From an uncultured Methanosarcinales archaeon (GTDB lineage Archaea > Nanobdellota > Nanobdellia > Woesearchaeales > CAZPJY01), in contig CAZPJY010000012.1 of the NCBI GenBank assembly GCA_964587045.1, forward strand, positions 1 through 47,458: a stretch of 47,458 bases of DNA, in the 5' to 3' direction. The stretch's first letter is position 1; each line of letters begins with the position of its first letter. Below the pieces are notes generated by a model. That model was not told the DNA's origin. It saw only the letters and a program-made list of their open reading frames with translations, and made no database searches. Positions 9,313-18,597 of this stretch are shown in pieces. Made by a program: the position numbers and the translations under genes.

Positions 9313-9504
9313 CAAGTTTTAAATATAAGCTATTCTGATGTCTTTATCTCATTATCCACTCTTAAGTAGATAATGTTCACCCTCGGGAGGTCAGATACCA
9401 TTGGAATGGGGTAAAAAACCTATACATTTTAATAGTAGTGGTTTGTTTTTGTCTGTTGGAATAGTGAAAACTTACCTATTCCGGGGAAAAGAGGGGGTGA
9501 GTGT

Positions 9505-10326
9505 ATGATAGTAAAAGAAGAATTTTTGAGTAAGTTGAGACGGTATTTCTCGTTGAACCTTTATGAAGTCAAGATATGGACAGCTCTTCTGTCCCGAGGT
9601 GTCTCGACAGCTGGGGAGCTATCAGACATCGCAAACGTGCCCAGGTCCAGGAGCTATGACGTCCTGGAAAGCCTCGAGAAGAAAGGATTCGTCGTGATGA
9701 AGCTGGGCAAACCTATCAAGTACATCGCGGTCCCGCCAAGCGAGGTGGTTGAACGCGTCAAGAAGAATGTCAAGGCTGAAGCTGACAGTCACATCAAAAG
9801 GCTGGCCACCCTGAAGGACACGGAGATACTCGGCGAGCTTGAGGCCCTCCACACGCAGGGCGTCGAGCTGGTAGAGCCGACAGACCTCTCCGGTTCGCTG
9901 AGAGGGAGGCACAACCTCTACAACCATCTCGAGCTGACCATAAGGAACGCTGAGGAGACCGTCACCATAATGACGACTGCCCAGGGCCTGATGAGGAAGA
10001 TTGAGGGGCTCAAGCCGATATTCGAGCAGTTGAAGAAGCGTGGCGTCAAGGTCAGGATTGCTGCGCCCATCACAAAGGAGAACAAGGCGGCGGTCAAGGA
10101 TTTGGGGCCTGTGGCAGAGGTCAGGCACACCGCCAGCAAGGCAAGGTTCGTTATCGTCGACGGCAAGGAGCTGATTTTCATGGTGCTCAACGACACCGAT
10201 GTCCACCCGACCTACGACGTCGGAATCTGGGTGAACACGCCGTTTTTCGCTTCAGCTCTCGAAAACCTCTTCGAGTTGGCTTGGAAGACGATGAAGCCAT
10301 CGGCTGAGATTATCAAGAAAGCCTAA
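9505..10326 (+). CDS. TrmB-family transcriptional regulator
   Basis: N-terminal wHTH (LNLYEVK..TAGELSDIANVPRSRSYDVLESLEKKGFV), C-terminal PLD-like effector domain (ARFVIVDGKE). GAGGGGGTGA Shine-Dalgarno. Confidence 0.93.
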   Translation: MIVKEEFLSKLRRYFSLNLYEVKIWTALLSRGVSTAGELSDIANVPRSRSYDVLESLEKKGFVVMKLGKPIKYIAVPPSEVVERVKKNVKAEADSHIKRLATLKDTEILGELEALHTQGVELVEPTDLSGSLRGRHNLYNHLELTIRNAEETVTIMTTAQGLMRKIEGLKPIFEQLKKRGVKVRIAAPITKENKAAVKDLGPVAEVRHTASKARFVIVDGKELIFMVLNDTDVHPTYDVGIWVNTPFFASALENLFELAWKTMKPSAEIIKKA

Positions 10327-10345
10327 ATTTTTTTCTCTCATTATC

Positions 10346-10897
10346 ATGCGCTGTTTCATAATACATGGCGCCTTCGGACATCCTGGCGAGAACTGGTTCC
10401 CATGGCTGAAGGCAGAGCTTGAGAAGGCAGGGCACGAAGTCGTACTCCCGGCATTTCCGACACCGGATGGCCAGTCCCTCGACAGCTGGATGCACGTGTT
10501 CGAGCCTTATCTAAAAGGTATAGATTCAGACACGGTCCTTGTCGGCCACAGCCTTGGCCCGGCGTTCATACTCACCGTTCTTGAGAGGCTTGAAGTCCAG
10601 GTGAAGGCATGCATATTCGTTGCCGGGTTCGTCGGCACGTTGGGAAAGGACCAGTTCGACCTCATCAACAGGAGCTTCATCGACAAGGAGTTTGACTGGG
10701 AGAAGATAAGGGCGAACTGTCGGCGGTTCATCATCTACCACTCCCAAAACGACCCGTACGTCCCCCTGTCAAAGGCCGAGGACCTGGGCAGGAAGCTAGG
10801 GGTAAAGCCGCGCATTATCAACGATGGCGGCCATTTCAACGAGGCCTATGGTTACACATCGTTCCCCCAGGTCCTGCATGACGTTCTCACATCATAG
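10346..10897 (+). CDS. RBBP9/YdeN-family alpha/beta serine hydrolase
   Basis: IIHG..NWFPWL, GHSLG nucleophile elbow, SQNDPYVP, GGHFN. Confidence 0.92.
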   Translation: MRCFIIHGAFGHPGENWFPWLKAELEKAGHEVVLPAFPTPDGQSLDSWMHVFEPYLKGIDSDTVLVGHSLGPAFILTVLERLEVQVKACIFVAGFVGTLGKDQFDLINRSFIDKEFDWEKIRANCRRFIIYHSQNDPYVPLSKAEDLGRKLGVKPRIINDGGHFNEAYGYTSFPQVLHDVLTS

Positions 10898-12545
10898 AAA
10901 GATCTATCTCGAAAGCCGCAACAGGCATCTCCATGTCCCAGTTTTTCAGGACCCCCGGAGCCACCTCACCGAGGAGCCCTATCCTCTTGCCCTTGAGGTG
11001 CAGTTCGACGGCCCTTCCCGGTATGAAGGACGGATGGTCCGCAGGCTTTGACGTGTATTCGAGGCCCAGGTTTCCCATCAGGAAATCCACTGCCTGCTTG
11101 GCTCTCGTGTAGTCTGCGTCGGCCGAGGCCTCTGCCCATGCGAGCATCTCCGGATTCTTGGTCCGCGTCTCTGCTTTTGCGTCGAACCTGACTACCTGGC
11201 CTATTTCGAATATCCGCTGCGGGTACTCCCTGTTCCTGTTCTTGGAGAGGAAGTCCATCAGGCTGGGCACGAGCCACGTCCTAAAGACTGACCAGTTCTT
11301 CGACACCGCATTGTCAATCTCAATGACCCTCTCCTCGGGCAGCAGCATCTTGGCGAACAGGTTTTCCTTGTCGGTGAGAGTGTATGAGAGCACCTCCTGG
11401 CTGCCCAGCCCCACCATGAGCTGGCTGACGTCCTCGATGAAGGACTCCGTGGGACAAAGCCTGCCCAGCGTCGTGATCTCGGGGATCTCGGGCTCTATGC
11501 TGTTGTAGTCGTAGCCGATAAGGATGTCCTCCACTATGTCTGCGGGATGGAGTATGTCCTGGCGGTAGGCCGGGTACTCCACTATGAGGTCCTTGCCTTT
11601 AGCCTTTGCGTCCATCCCGCTCTTCCTGATGAGGGAGATCATCTCCGAATTTTTCAGGTCAAGACCCGACCTGCGCGCAACGTAATCTGCCGGGAAAGTC
11701 ATTTTCTTGGGCTCAAGGTCAGGAGTGACCATGCTCTTCCCGTCAGGAAGCTTGATCTTGACGGTCCCGATCGTCCCTCCCCGCTCGCCAAGCGCGGTGA
11801 CGACAGCGGATAGGGCCGGAAGGAGGAACTTGTAGTCGGACCCGCTGCATTCGATGAAGAGGTCCTTTGTGTCGGTCGTGACCTTGCCCGTGTGGTTCGA
11901 GTTGATGATTGGGGGCATGGAGAGCACTTCGCCCTTCTTGTCGATGAATATGGGATAGCGGTCCTTTCCCTCCAGCAGGTGGCCGAACTCCCTGCCTTTC
12001 GGATGCTTCACGAGTATCTGGGCCAGGGTCAGCTTCTCCTCCATCTCGAGGGGTACGAACGAGAGCTCTTTGGGCTTGAAGGCTTTGTAGGTTATCGGCT
12101 GTGTGATCTTGTGCAGGTCGTAGACTCCGATTGCGACCTCCTGCCGCTTCTTGCCGTACGTCATGCATATCTTTTCCTGGAGCTGGATCATCTGCAGCAG
12201 CGCCTCTTCGGTGATGTTTGCGTTCCTCACGACAGCGCACGCCGTAAAGGGCCGTATCTCTTTGAGGTTCTTGTCCACGACCACCGTGACCCCTGAAGGC
12301 TTCATCTTGTACCTTGAGAGCCCGGTCCGCAGGCCCAGATGGCTTCGGATCTCCCTTGAGATGCCCTCCGCAGACCACAGTTCGGGCCGGTTGGTGTCTG
12401 CTATGTCGATTTTCAGCGCGTCACCGTCCTGGCTGTCAATCTCGCCCTTGACGTAGAGTAGGGCTTTGTCTTTCAGCTCCTCCAAGCTGACCTTCTTTCC
12501 GATCAGGTCGCACATGTCCTTGTATGATACGTCGATGGTCGGCAT
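10887..12545 (-). CDS. pheT: Phenylalanyl-tRNA synthetase beta subunit, archaeal type
   Basis: Start MPTIDVS at 12545 (TGATG overlap with pheS). NRPELWS, SMPPIINS, RQDILHPADIVED. Confidence 0.96.
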   Translation of the reverse strand: MPTIDVSYKDMCDLIGKKVSLEELKDKALLYVKGEIDSQDGDALKIDIADTNRPELWSAEGISREIRSHLGLRTGLSRYKMKPSGVTVVVDKNLKEIRPFTACAVVRNANITEEALLQMIQLQEKICMTYGKKRQEVAIGVYDLHKITQPITYKAFKPKELSFVPLEMEEKLTLAQILVKHPKGREFGHLLEGKDRYPIFIDKKGEVLSMPPIINSNHTGKVTTDTKDLFIECSGSDYKFLLPALSAVVTALGERGGTIGTVKIKLPDGKSMVTPDLEPKKMTFPADYVARRSGLDLKNSEMISLIRKSGMDAKAKGKDLIVEYPAYRQDILHPADIVEDILIGYDYNSIEPEIPEITTLGRLCPTESFIEDVSQLMVGLGSQEVLSYTLTDKENLFAKMLLPEERVIEIDNAVSKNWSVFRTWLVPSLMDFLSKNRNREYPQRIFEIGQVVRFDAKAETRTKNPEMLAWAEASADADYTRAKQAVDFLMGNLGLEYTSKPADHPSFIPGRAVELHLKGKRIGLLGEVAPGVLKNWDMEMPVAAFEIDLSMM

Positions 12546-14092
12546 CAGATCCTCACCTTTGGCGCTTCTCTCAGGAATTTTAGGTCGTGGGAGAAGAGCT
12601 GCCTTATGTCGTTTATCGCGAGCTTCATCATCGCGAGCCGGTCGATCCCAAAGCCCCAAGCTATCACTGGCTCCTTGATGCCGAGGGGCTCAGTGACCTC
12701 GGGCCTGAAGATGCCCGCTCCGCAAAGCTCCATCCATCCGAATTCCGGATGCTTGGCTGAGATCTGCACGCTCGGCTCTGTGAACGGGAAGTAGTCAGGG
12801 AAGAACTTGAACTCCTCCGCTCCTGTGAACTCTGCCGCAAATGACTTGAGCAACCCCAAGAGGTGTCTGAAGTTCAGCGAGGAGCCGATCACGAAGCCGC
12901 CGAGCTGGCTGAACTCCACGCCGTGCGTGGCGTCAATCACGTCCGGTCTGTAGCACCTGACTATGGAGAAATACCTGCCCGGGATGGTCAGCTTGCCGGC
13001 GTGCCCAGACAAGTACCTGGGGGAGATGGCTGTGTCGTGGGCCCTTGGCATGAGCTGCTTTGCGATTTCTGGGTCCCACGCGTACTGCCAGCCCTTCGAG
13101 CCGGTCCTGCCCCCGTTCTCGTGGGCGGCCTTGACTGCGTCCACAATCCTCTTGGGGGGTAGGTCGCCCTGCTTGGGCGAGACAATCCTATACGTGTCGC
13201 TCCAGGTCCTGGCGGGGTGGTTCTGCGGCTGGAATAAGGCGTCGAAGTTGAAGAACTCGGTCTCGATTATGGGTCCGGTCATCTCGATGAAGCCCATCTC
13301 GACCAGCTTAAGCCTTACCTTGTGGAGGAACTCGCTGTATGCCTGCCTCTTTCCGCCGGTGACCTTCGGGACGTTGATTGAGGTGTCGTACCTCCGGAAG
13401 GTCTTGCCCTTCCAGCTCCCGCTCTTGAGCATATTGGGTGTTAGGGAATCGGAGGTCGCCTCGACTTTGATAGCGACTTTCGCCACCTTCTTTCCCAGGT
13501 CGGTGAGCGAAAACGTCCTGTCTTTGCCGGCCTCCACCCTTACGATGTCCTTCCTCTTCCTCAGGCTCTGGAGCGCAAACCTCTCCTCGTCCTTGAGGCT
13601 GGAGACATCCCTTGGCTGCTTGAGGGACTCGAGGAACTTTTCCTCAAAGAAAGGCTTATCCTTGACCTGCTGGCCGTGAGTTGTTAGTATGATATTGAGC
13701 GTGCCGTCCTTTTCCTTGACCAGCTCTATTGCTGCCTTCTTCTTCAGCACGCCGATGGTGACAGAGACCTCCTCCTCGGAGAGCCCGGTTTCCTTTGCTA
13801 TCCTGCCGACGGATTTTGGCTCGACCGGGTCGACCTCCTTGATGAATCTCCTCTCCGGCAGGCCGTCCTTGGCGTATGCAACGCCGTTCTTGTCGAGGCT
13901 GACCGTCTCCACGGCGACTGACTCGATCTTCACCAGGCCCTTGTTCTCAAGCCACTGGGCCGCGCGCATGGCTTCGACCTCTTTTAGTCCCGAGGCCTTC
14001 TCGATCTCGGGGAGCTTGCCGTGCTTGGCAATCGCTGGCAGGGCCTTGGCCTCGAGAGGGTGCAGGTTCTGAGCGATATCCTTAGGTTGCAT
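12545..14092 (-). CDS. pheS: Phenylalanyl-tRNA synthetase alpha subunit, archaeal type
   Basis: FNFDALFQPQNHPAR, YRPDVIDATH, YFPFTEPS, GAGIFRPEV, AWGFGIDRLAM. Confidence 0.97.
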   Translation of the reverse strand: MQPKDIAQNLHPLEAKALPAIAKHGKLPEIEKASGLKEVEAMRAAQWLENKGLVKIESVAVETVSLDKNGVAYAKDGLPERRFIKEVDPVEPKSVGRIAKETGLSEEEVSVTIGVLKKKAAIELVKEKDGTLNIILTTHGQQVKDKPFFEEKFLESLKQPRDVSSLKDEERFALQSLRKRKDIVRVEAGKDRTFSLTDLGKKVAKVAIKVEATSDSLTPNMLKSGSWKGKTFRRYDTSINVPKVTGGKRQAYSEFLHKVRLKLVEMGFIEMTGPIIETEFFNFDALFQPQNHPARTWSDTYRIVSPKQGDLPPKRIVDAVKAAHENGGRTGSKGWQYAWDPEIAKQLMPRAHDTAISPRYLSGHAGKLTIPGRYFSIVRCYRPDVIDATHGVEFSQLGGFVIGSSLNFRHLLGLLKSFAAEFTGAEEFKFFPDYFPFTEPSVQISAKHPEFGWMELCGAGIFRPEVTEPLGIKEPVIAWGFGIDRLAMMKLAINDIRQLFSHDLKFLREAPKVRI

Positions 14093-14131
14093 AGGGAGAA
14101 AGAGTGGATGCGCAATATATATAATTTGTGC

Positions 14132-14404
14132 TCACTTCTTGGGCTTCTCAGCAGGTTTCTTCTTCTCTACCTTCCGGGTGGCCAGACCGAGCTCCACCAG
14201 CTTGGCGTAGACCGTGTTGTGGTCCGCCTTGGCCGCCACCTTGATGGTATGCTTCGTCGGCTCGAGATGGCTGATGTTGCACCTCCTGCGCTTGACATCG
14301 CCCTCTATCACCACGAACCTCGGGTCTGTCGCGTCGACTATGACGCAGTACCTACCAGCTTCGCGGCCCGTCAGCTTCCTGCATACCCTTCCTGGTTCCA
14401 TCAT
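14132..14404 (-). CDS. rpl14e: 50S ribosomal protein L14e
   Basis: EPGRVCRKLTGREAG..VKRRRCNISHLEPT. Confidence 0.95.
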   Translation of the reverse strand: MMEPGRVCRKLTGREAGRYCVIVDATDPRFVVIEGDVKRRRCNISHLEPTKHTIKVAAKADHNTVYAKLVELGLATRKVEKKKPAEKPKK

Positions 14405-14479
14405 TTTTCTTCACCTCTCCAGCTTATGTCCATCAACGCTCCCGTCGCCGAGGGCGCCTCATCGTTGTAAACTGAGAGC

Positions 14480-14749
14480 TCATTTCGCCCTTGCTTCCTC
14501 TTTGAGCTTGGCCTTCAGGCAGCTCGGGCAAAGAACTCCACCATACGCGCGCTCAGGCCTCTTCTTGGTCTTGGCCAAGGTGCGCATCTTGTAAGGCCGC
14601 TCGCTAGGCACTCCGCCGAGGGGCTTGCCGCAGTTCCCGCACTTGGCGGGTGAGGGCTTGCGCTTCTTGTAGTGCACGACATTCTTCCCTCCAGGAGTCA
14701 CTTTCTTGACCCTCCTGAGCGTCCTTGAGCGGTATCTCATCGCTGGCAT
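14480..14749 (-). CDS. rpl34e: 50S ribosomal protein L34e
   Basis: RYRSRT..TPGG..CGNCGKPL..RPERAYGGVLCPSC. Confidence 0.96.
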   Translation of the reverse strand: MPAMRYRSRTLRRVKKVTPGGKNVVHYKKRKPSPAKCGNCGKPLGGVPSERPYKMRTLAKTKKRPERAYGGVLCPSCLKAKLKEEARAK

Positions 14750-14788
14750 TGTTGTTTCCTGGGAATCGGACTTGATTTATATACTTTT

Positions 14789-15529
14789 CTAGGATAGTTT
14801 CATGAGTTTCCTGAGACTCATCGAGAATATTATCGAGCAGACGATGTACATTCCAAGCCAGCCGACCTTCCAGCCGAACAGGTTGAAGAGCACGAGCTTC
14901 TGGTTGCCCACGGCTATCTGCTTGAGGGGTGAGTTCTTCACCTTCATGACAGGCTGAATGTACCCGTGGTCCGGGGTCACCAGGATCTGTTTTTCGTACT
15001 CCTGCCCCGCGTGCTGGAACTGGAGGATGTACTCGCCCTCCTCGGCGTTCAGAGTCCAGCTGACCGTCCCGTCCTGGATGTTCTTCTCTACGCTGTCAAG
15101 CACCTTTACCCCTTCCGGCACCACGATCTGCACCGGACCGTAGGCGCTGTCCTGGAAGGTCAGGGTGACCGTGAAGTCGTTTCCAGGGGTCAGGGGCAGG
15201 TAGGAGAAGTTGGCGTTGAGCCATCCGAATATCAACAGCAGCGGCAACAGGGTGATGAGGGTCGGCCTCATCGAGTGTTTCATGTACTCCATGTTCTTCT
15301 GCATGGCCTTCTTTTGGACGTCCATCATCTTCTCCGGCTCCTTCTGCAGGTCCTTCATCTGCTTTTGGAACTTCTTCATGTCGGCTTTGAGGGTTCGCAT
15401 GACCTCCTGGTTGGTCGTAAGCTTGTAAGCGAGGGTCATGAGCAAGGCTATGAGGAAAGATAGTAAACCAATCGCCAGTGTCGGGTTTATGGAGAGAAAC
15501 GGCCCCATTATCCCATCGAGTAATGCCAT
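14789..15529 (-). CDS. EMC3/TMCO1 (DUF106, Oxa1-superfamily) membrane protein with an inserted beta domain
   Basis: TM1, coiled coil, SMRPTLITLLPLLLIFGWL, GWLGMYIVCSIIFS..LRK. Directly follows secY. Confidence 0.9.
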   Translation of the reverse strand: MALLDGIMGPFLSINPTLAIGLLSFLIALLMTLAYKLTTNQEVMRTLKADMKKFQKQMKDLQKEPEKMMDVQKKAMQKNMEYMKHSMRPTLITLLPLLLIFGWLNANFSYLPLTPGNDFTVTLTFQDSAYGPVQIVVPEGVKVLDSVEKNIQDGTVSWTLNAEEGEYILQFQHAGQEYEKQILVTPDHGYIQPVMKVKNSPLKQIAVGNQKLVLFNLFGWKVGWLGMYIVCSIIFSMSLRKLMKLS

Positions 15530-16927
15530 CTATATCCCTCCTGCCATGAACTTCCTCATCATGGGATTCATGTCCATTAAGTGCTGCTTTGCGATGTCTT
15601 CATACAGCCTGTAGATTATCATCACTGCCAGCAGTATGCCTGTTCCAGAGCCCAGGGCGCCTGTCAGATCAGCAAAGGATGCGAGCAGTCCGATAGCAGC
15701 TCCGCCTATCCAAGTCAGTGGTGTGATATACCTTGCGAGCAGCCTCTCGAGCACCCTCTGGTCCTTCCTGAATCCAGGAATCTGGAGCCCGGAGCTCATG
15801 ATATTCTCCGCCTGGCTCTTTGGGTCCATGCCTGCTGTCTGGACCCAGAAGATCGAGAACAGGATCGATCCGCCGATGAAGAACAGCATGTAGACCAGAG
15901 AGTGGACGAAGTCAGCTCCGGTGATGCTCCCCCTGATAATCCTTCCGAGCAGGTCGGGGGAGTAGAGCCACGAGACGAGCCCTGTAGCTGGTGTGTTGCC
16001 TATGAACGTTCCGAGCAGAGGCCTTCCCCAGTTCTGCAGCAGCCGAGCCCACAGCTGGATGTTCGCCATCAGCGCAGCGACTAGGATGACAGGGATGTTG
16101 CTTGTGTAAAAGAAGTTCAGCGGCCATCTTATACCGTGTCCGCGTATCCTCCCGAACGAGAGGGGTATCTCTATCTTCATAGACTGGCCGAACACCGCAA
16201 TCACGAACACGGCGATGGTGGCTACGACTGCCGCAATCATGAGCGTGGCGGTCACCGGGTCGCCGGCGGCGAGGCTCTGGAACAGCGCTGGTATCGCGCC
16301 GGTCGCTATCCCCGGATTGGTGGGGGACGGCAACGGAGAGAAGGTCCTGATGAAGATGCTTTTTGATACGTTGGCTGCGATGAACAGGCTGATGCCCGAG
16401 CCGAAGCCCCACTTCTGAACTATCTCATCCATGAAGAGGACCAGCAGTCCACCTAAGAAGAGCTGGAAGACGAGTATGAGCTCAAGGGTGAAGTGTACCG
16501 GAGTTCCCTGAAGCTCGACGGCAGGGGCAAGACCTCCCATGAACACGTAAATCATTGCCTCGAAGAGTATGAAGAAGATTGACAGGAGTTTCTGCACGCC
16601 CTGGAAGTTCTTCCTTCCCTCGACGCTGTGTATGTCGAACTTGACCAGGCCTGATCCGTTGAGCAGCTGCAGCACGATTGAGGACGTGACTATGGGCCCG
16701 ATCCCAAGTGACATGAGCGACCCGAACTCAGCTCCGAGGATAATAGAGAGGTATTCGAACTGCTGGAGGGCGTTGCTCCCAAGTCCGAAGAGAGGGATCA
16801 TCCCAAGGACGAAGAACAAGACCAGGATGATGAGAGTCCACTTGAGCTTCTCGTTGAAAGAAAGCTTCCTCTGCGTGGGGCCTGCTACCTCTGGCAGGTT
16901 CATGAGAATGTTTTTCAGGAGTCCCAT
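15530..16927 (-). CDS. secY: Preprotein translocase subunit SecY
   Basis: LGIGPIVTSSIVLQLL, KWGFGSGISLFIA, YTSNIPVIL, QIPGFR, GTGILLAV. Alternative GTG start at 16933. Confidence 0.98.
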   Translation of the reverse strand: MGLLKNILMNLPEVAGPTQRKLSFNEKLKWTLIILVLFFVLGMIPLFGLGSNALQQFEYLSIILGAEFGSLMSLGIGPIVTSSIVLQLLNGSGLVKFDIHSVEGRKNFQGVQKLLSIFFILFEAMIYVFMGGLAPAVELQGTPVHFTLELILVFQLFLGGLLVLFMDEIVQKWGFGSGISLFIAANVSKSIFIRTFSPLPSPTNPGIATGAIPALFQSLAAGDPVTATLMIAAVVATIAVFVIAVFGQSMKIEIPLSFGRIRGHGIRWPLNFFYTSNIPVILVAALMANIQLWARLLQNWGRPLLGTFIGNTPATGLVSWLYSPDLLGRIIRGSITGADFVHSLVYMLFFIGGSILFSIFWVQTAGMDPKSQAENIMSSGLQIPGFRKDQRVLERLLARYITPLTWIGGAAIGLLASFADLTGALGSGTGILLAVMIIYRLYEDIAKQHLMDMNPMMRKFMAGGI

Positions 16928-16929
16928 TT

Positions 16930-17361
16930 TCACTGCTTGAGCGAGACCGAGCCGCCTTTGGACTTGATCTTCTCCACTGCCTTGGCCGAAGCCTCTTCGA
17001 CCTTGATGAGATACTTATGAGACGGAGCTCCTGCGCCGAGCAGCTTGTCGCATTTAAGCTCCGCGAAATCTATCGTGAATCCATCTCCTTCCTTTTTCAG
17101 AAGGCCTTTGGCGATGAGGGTGTCAAACTTCTGCTCGAGGTATGCGATGTTGAGGGCCTTTGCAGGTTTTGAGATGCTCTTGAAGCCATACTTTCCGAAG
17201 TATTTGGTATTCTTCCATATCTCCGGCTTCTTGGCATCGCCTCTCTTGCCTGTTCCGGCGTTGCCGCGTCCACCTCTGTGGCCGGCACCGCGGTGTTTCT
17301 TCATGCTGCCCCAACCGTGGGTCTTGCTCCCGCGCTGCCTGCTGTTCTTCTTTCTCCTCAT
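16930..17361 (-). CDS. rpl15: 50S ribosomal protein L15 (uL15)
   Basis: RGSKTHGWG..KHRGAGHRGGRGNAG; operon position. Confidence 0.97.
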   Translation of the reverse strand: MRRKKNSRQRGSKTHGWGSMKKHRGAGHRGGRGNAGTGKRGDAKKPEIWKNTKYFGKYGFKSISKPAKALNIAYLEQKFDTLIAKGLLKKEGDGFTIDFAELKCDKLLGAGAPSHKYLIKVEEASAKAVEKIKSKGGSVSLKQ

Positions 17362-17733
17362 CTAGATCATCCGCTTGATTAGTTTATCCATATCTTTGCG
17401 CGCGCCAAGCGCCCCGCCTTTTGAGTTGGGCTTCTTGATGCCTTTGCGCTCGAACCCACCTCTTGGCGGGCTCAGTCTGAAGAACGGCTTCAGCTTGCCT
17501 TCCGGGTTCTTCTCGCCGCGTTTCTCAATTAGTTCCTTATGGGTTCCCTCACTTATCTCGCCCCAGGTGATGTAGTCCTTTGCCTTGAGTAGCATCCCCT
17601 TTGTTTCCGGCTTTACCTTGAGGACGACGCATGTGTGCTTTCGTAGGAGCCTAAGCAGCCTGAGCGTCTGGGTGACCTCTGTGTTTATGTTCACAGGTCC
17701 CCGTATCCTTATCACAGCTATCAGATCACTCAT
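17362..17733 (-). CDS. rpl30: 50S ribosomal protein L30 (uL30)
   Basis: IAVIRIRG, KDYITWGEI, FRLSPPRGG. Confidence 0.96.
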   Translation of the reverse strand: MSDLIAVIRIRGPVNINTEVTQTLRLLRLLRKHTCVVLKVKPETKGMLLKAKDYITWGEISEGTHKELIEKRGEKNPEGKLKPFFRLSPPRGGFERKGIKKPNSKGGALGARKDMDKLIKRMI

Positions 17734-18595
17734 TCTGAGCTTCCCCCAGGTTGCCTTCGACTATGTTCAGGGCCTCTATGTGGCCCGGCTGTATCTTGGT
17801 CGATGTAAGCTTCCTCAACGCTTTTTCCAGTGCCTTGATTACGTTGATTTTGACTTTGCGCTGACCCCTCGTCTTGGACCAGATGTTCTTTATTCCGGCG
17901 AGCTCGAGCACTTTAGCCACCTCGCTGTCCGCAACGAGACCCGTGCCTTTCGGTGCTGGCATCAGCCTGATTATAACAGATCCCGATTTCCCATCCACGG
18001 CGAAGGGCACTGAGTGGGGCTCCTGGCTGGCGTCTTCCCAAGAACCTGCGCCCCTCCTAATCTTGAATATGTTGAGCTTCGCATTCCTGAACGCCTTCTC
18101 CCTTGCCGGCACGGTTTCTTTTGCCTTACCATAACCTATGCCGACATAGCCGTCCTTGTTCCCCACGACAGCGAGGCAAGCGAAGTTGGGCTTGTTGCCC
18201 TCCCTCGTCTTCTTCTGGGTCTGCTTGAACACCCTGCGCTGGCCTCCGCCGAACTTGCCCTTCGACTGGCCTATGAGCAGTAGGTCGCTTTCAAGGTTGG
18301 GCATCAGGAAGTCGACCACCTCAGCCTCGAGAATCCTCATGCCGCTGTTGAGAATCTGGTCTATGTGGGTTATCTTCCCGTCGTGCACAAGTTTGCCCAG
18401 CTCGGTCTTTGGGGCCCAACCCTCCTTTTCGAAAGTCTTCTTTTTGAGCTCCTTGACTTCCTCTTCCTTCTCCTTGTCAGGCTCTTCCTCGTCGCCTTCA
18501 GGGACCTCAGGTAAGGTGTCCTTGTCCTCAAGCTCGACGTCTTCGTCCTCTTCGACTTTCTCTTCTTCCTTAGGCTTCTTCTCTTCTTTTGCCAT
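17726..18595 (-). CDS. rps5: 30S ribosomal protein S5 (uS5) with an acidic N-terminal extension
   Basis: WAPKTELGKLV, VVGNKDGYVGIG, RLMPAPKGTGLV. Confidence 0.97.
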   Translation of the reverse strand: MAKEEKKPKEEEKVEEDEDVELEDKDTLPEVPEGDEEEPDKEKEEEVKELKKKTFEKEGWAPKTELGKLVHDGKITHIDQILNSGMRILEAEVVDFLMPNLESDLLLIGQSKGKFGGGQRRVFKQTQKKTREGNKPNFACLAVVGNKDGYVGIGYGKAKETVPAREKAFRNAKLNIFKIRRGAGSWEDASQEPHSVPFAVDGKSGSVIIRLMPAPKGTGLVADSEVAKVLELAGIKNIWSKTRGQRKVKINVIKALEKALRKLTSTKIQPGHIEALNIVEGNLGEAQNE

Positions 18596-18597
18596 GA

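Noticed and set aside
12546..12659. Track N-terminal extensions of pheT, and likewise rpl32e, rpl5, rpl24, rpl14, rnp1, rpl4 and the ORFs ending at 34059, 42244 and 42807
   Set aside because: The extensions overlap upstream genes in another frame; internal starts give family-typical N-termini and tight coupling.
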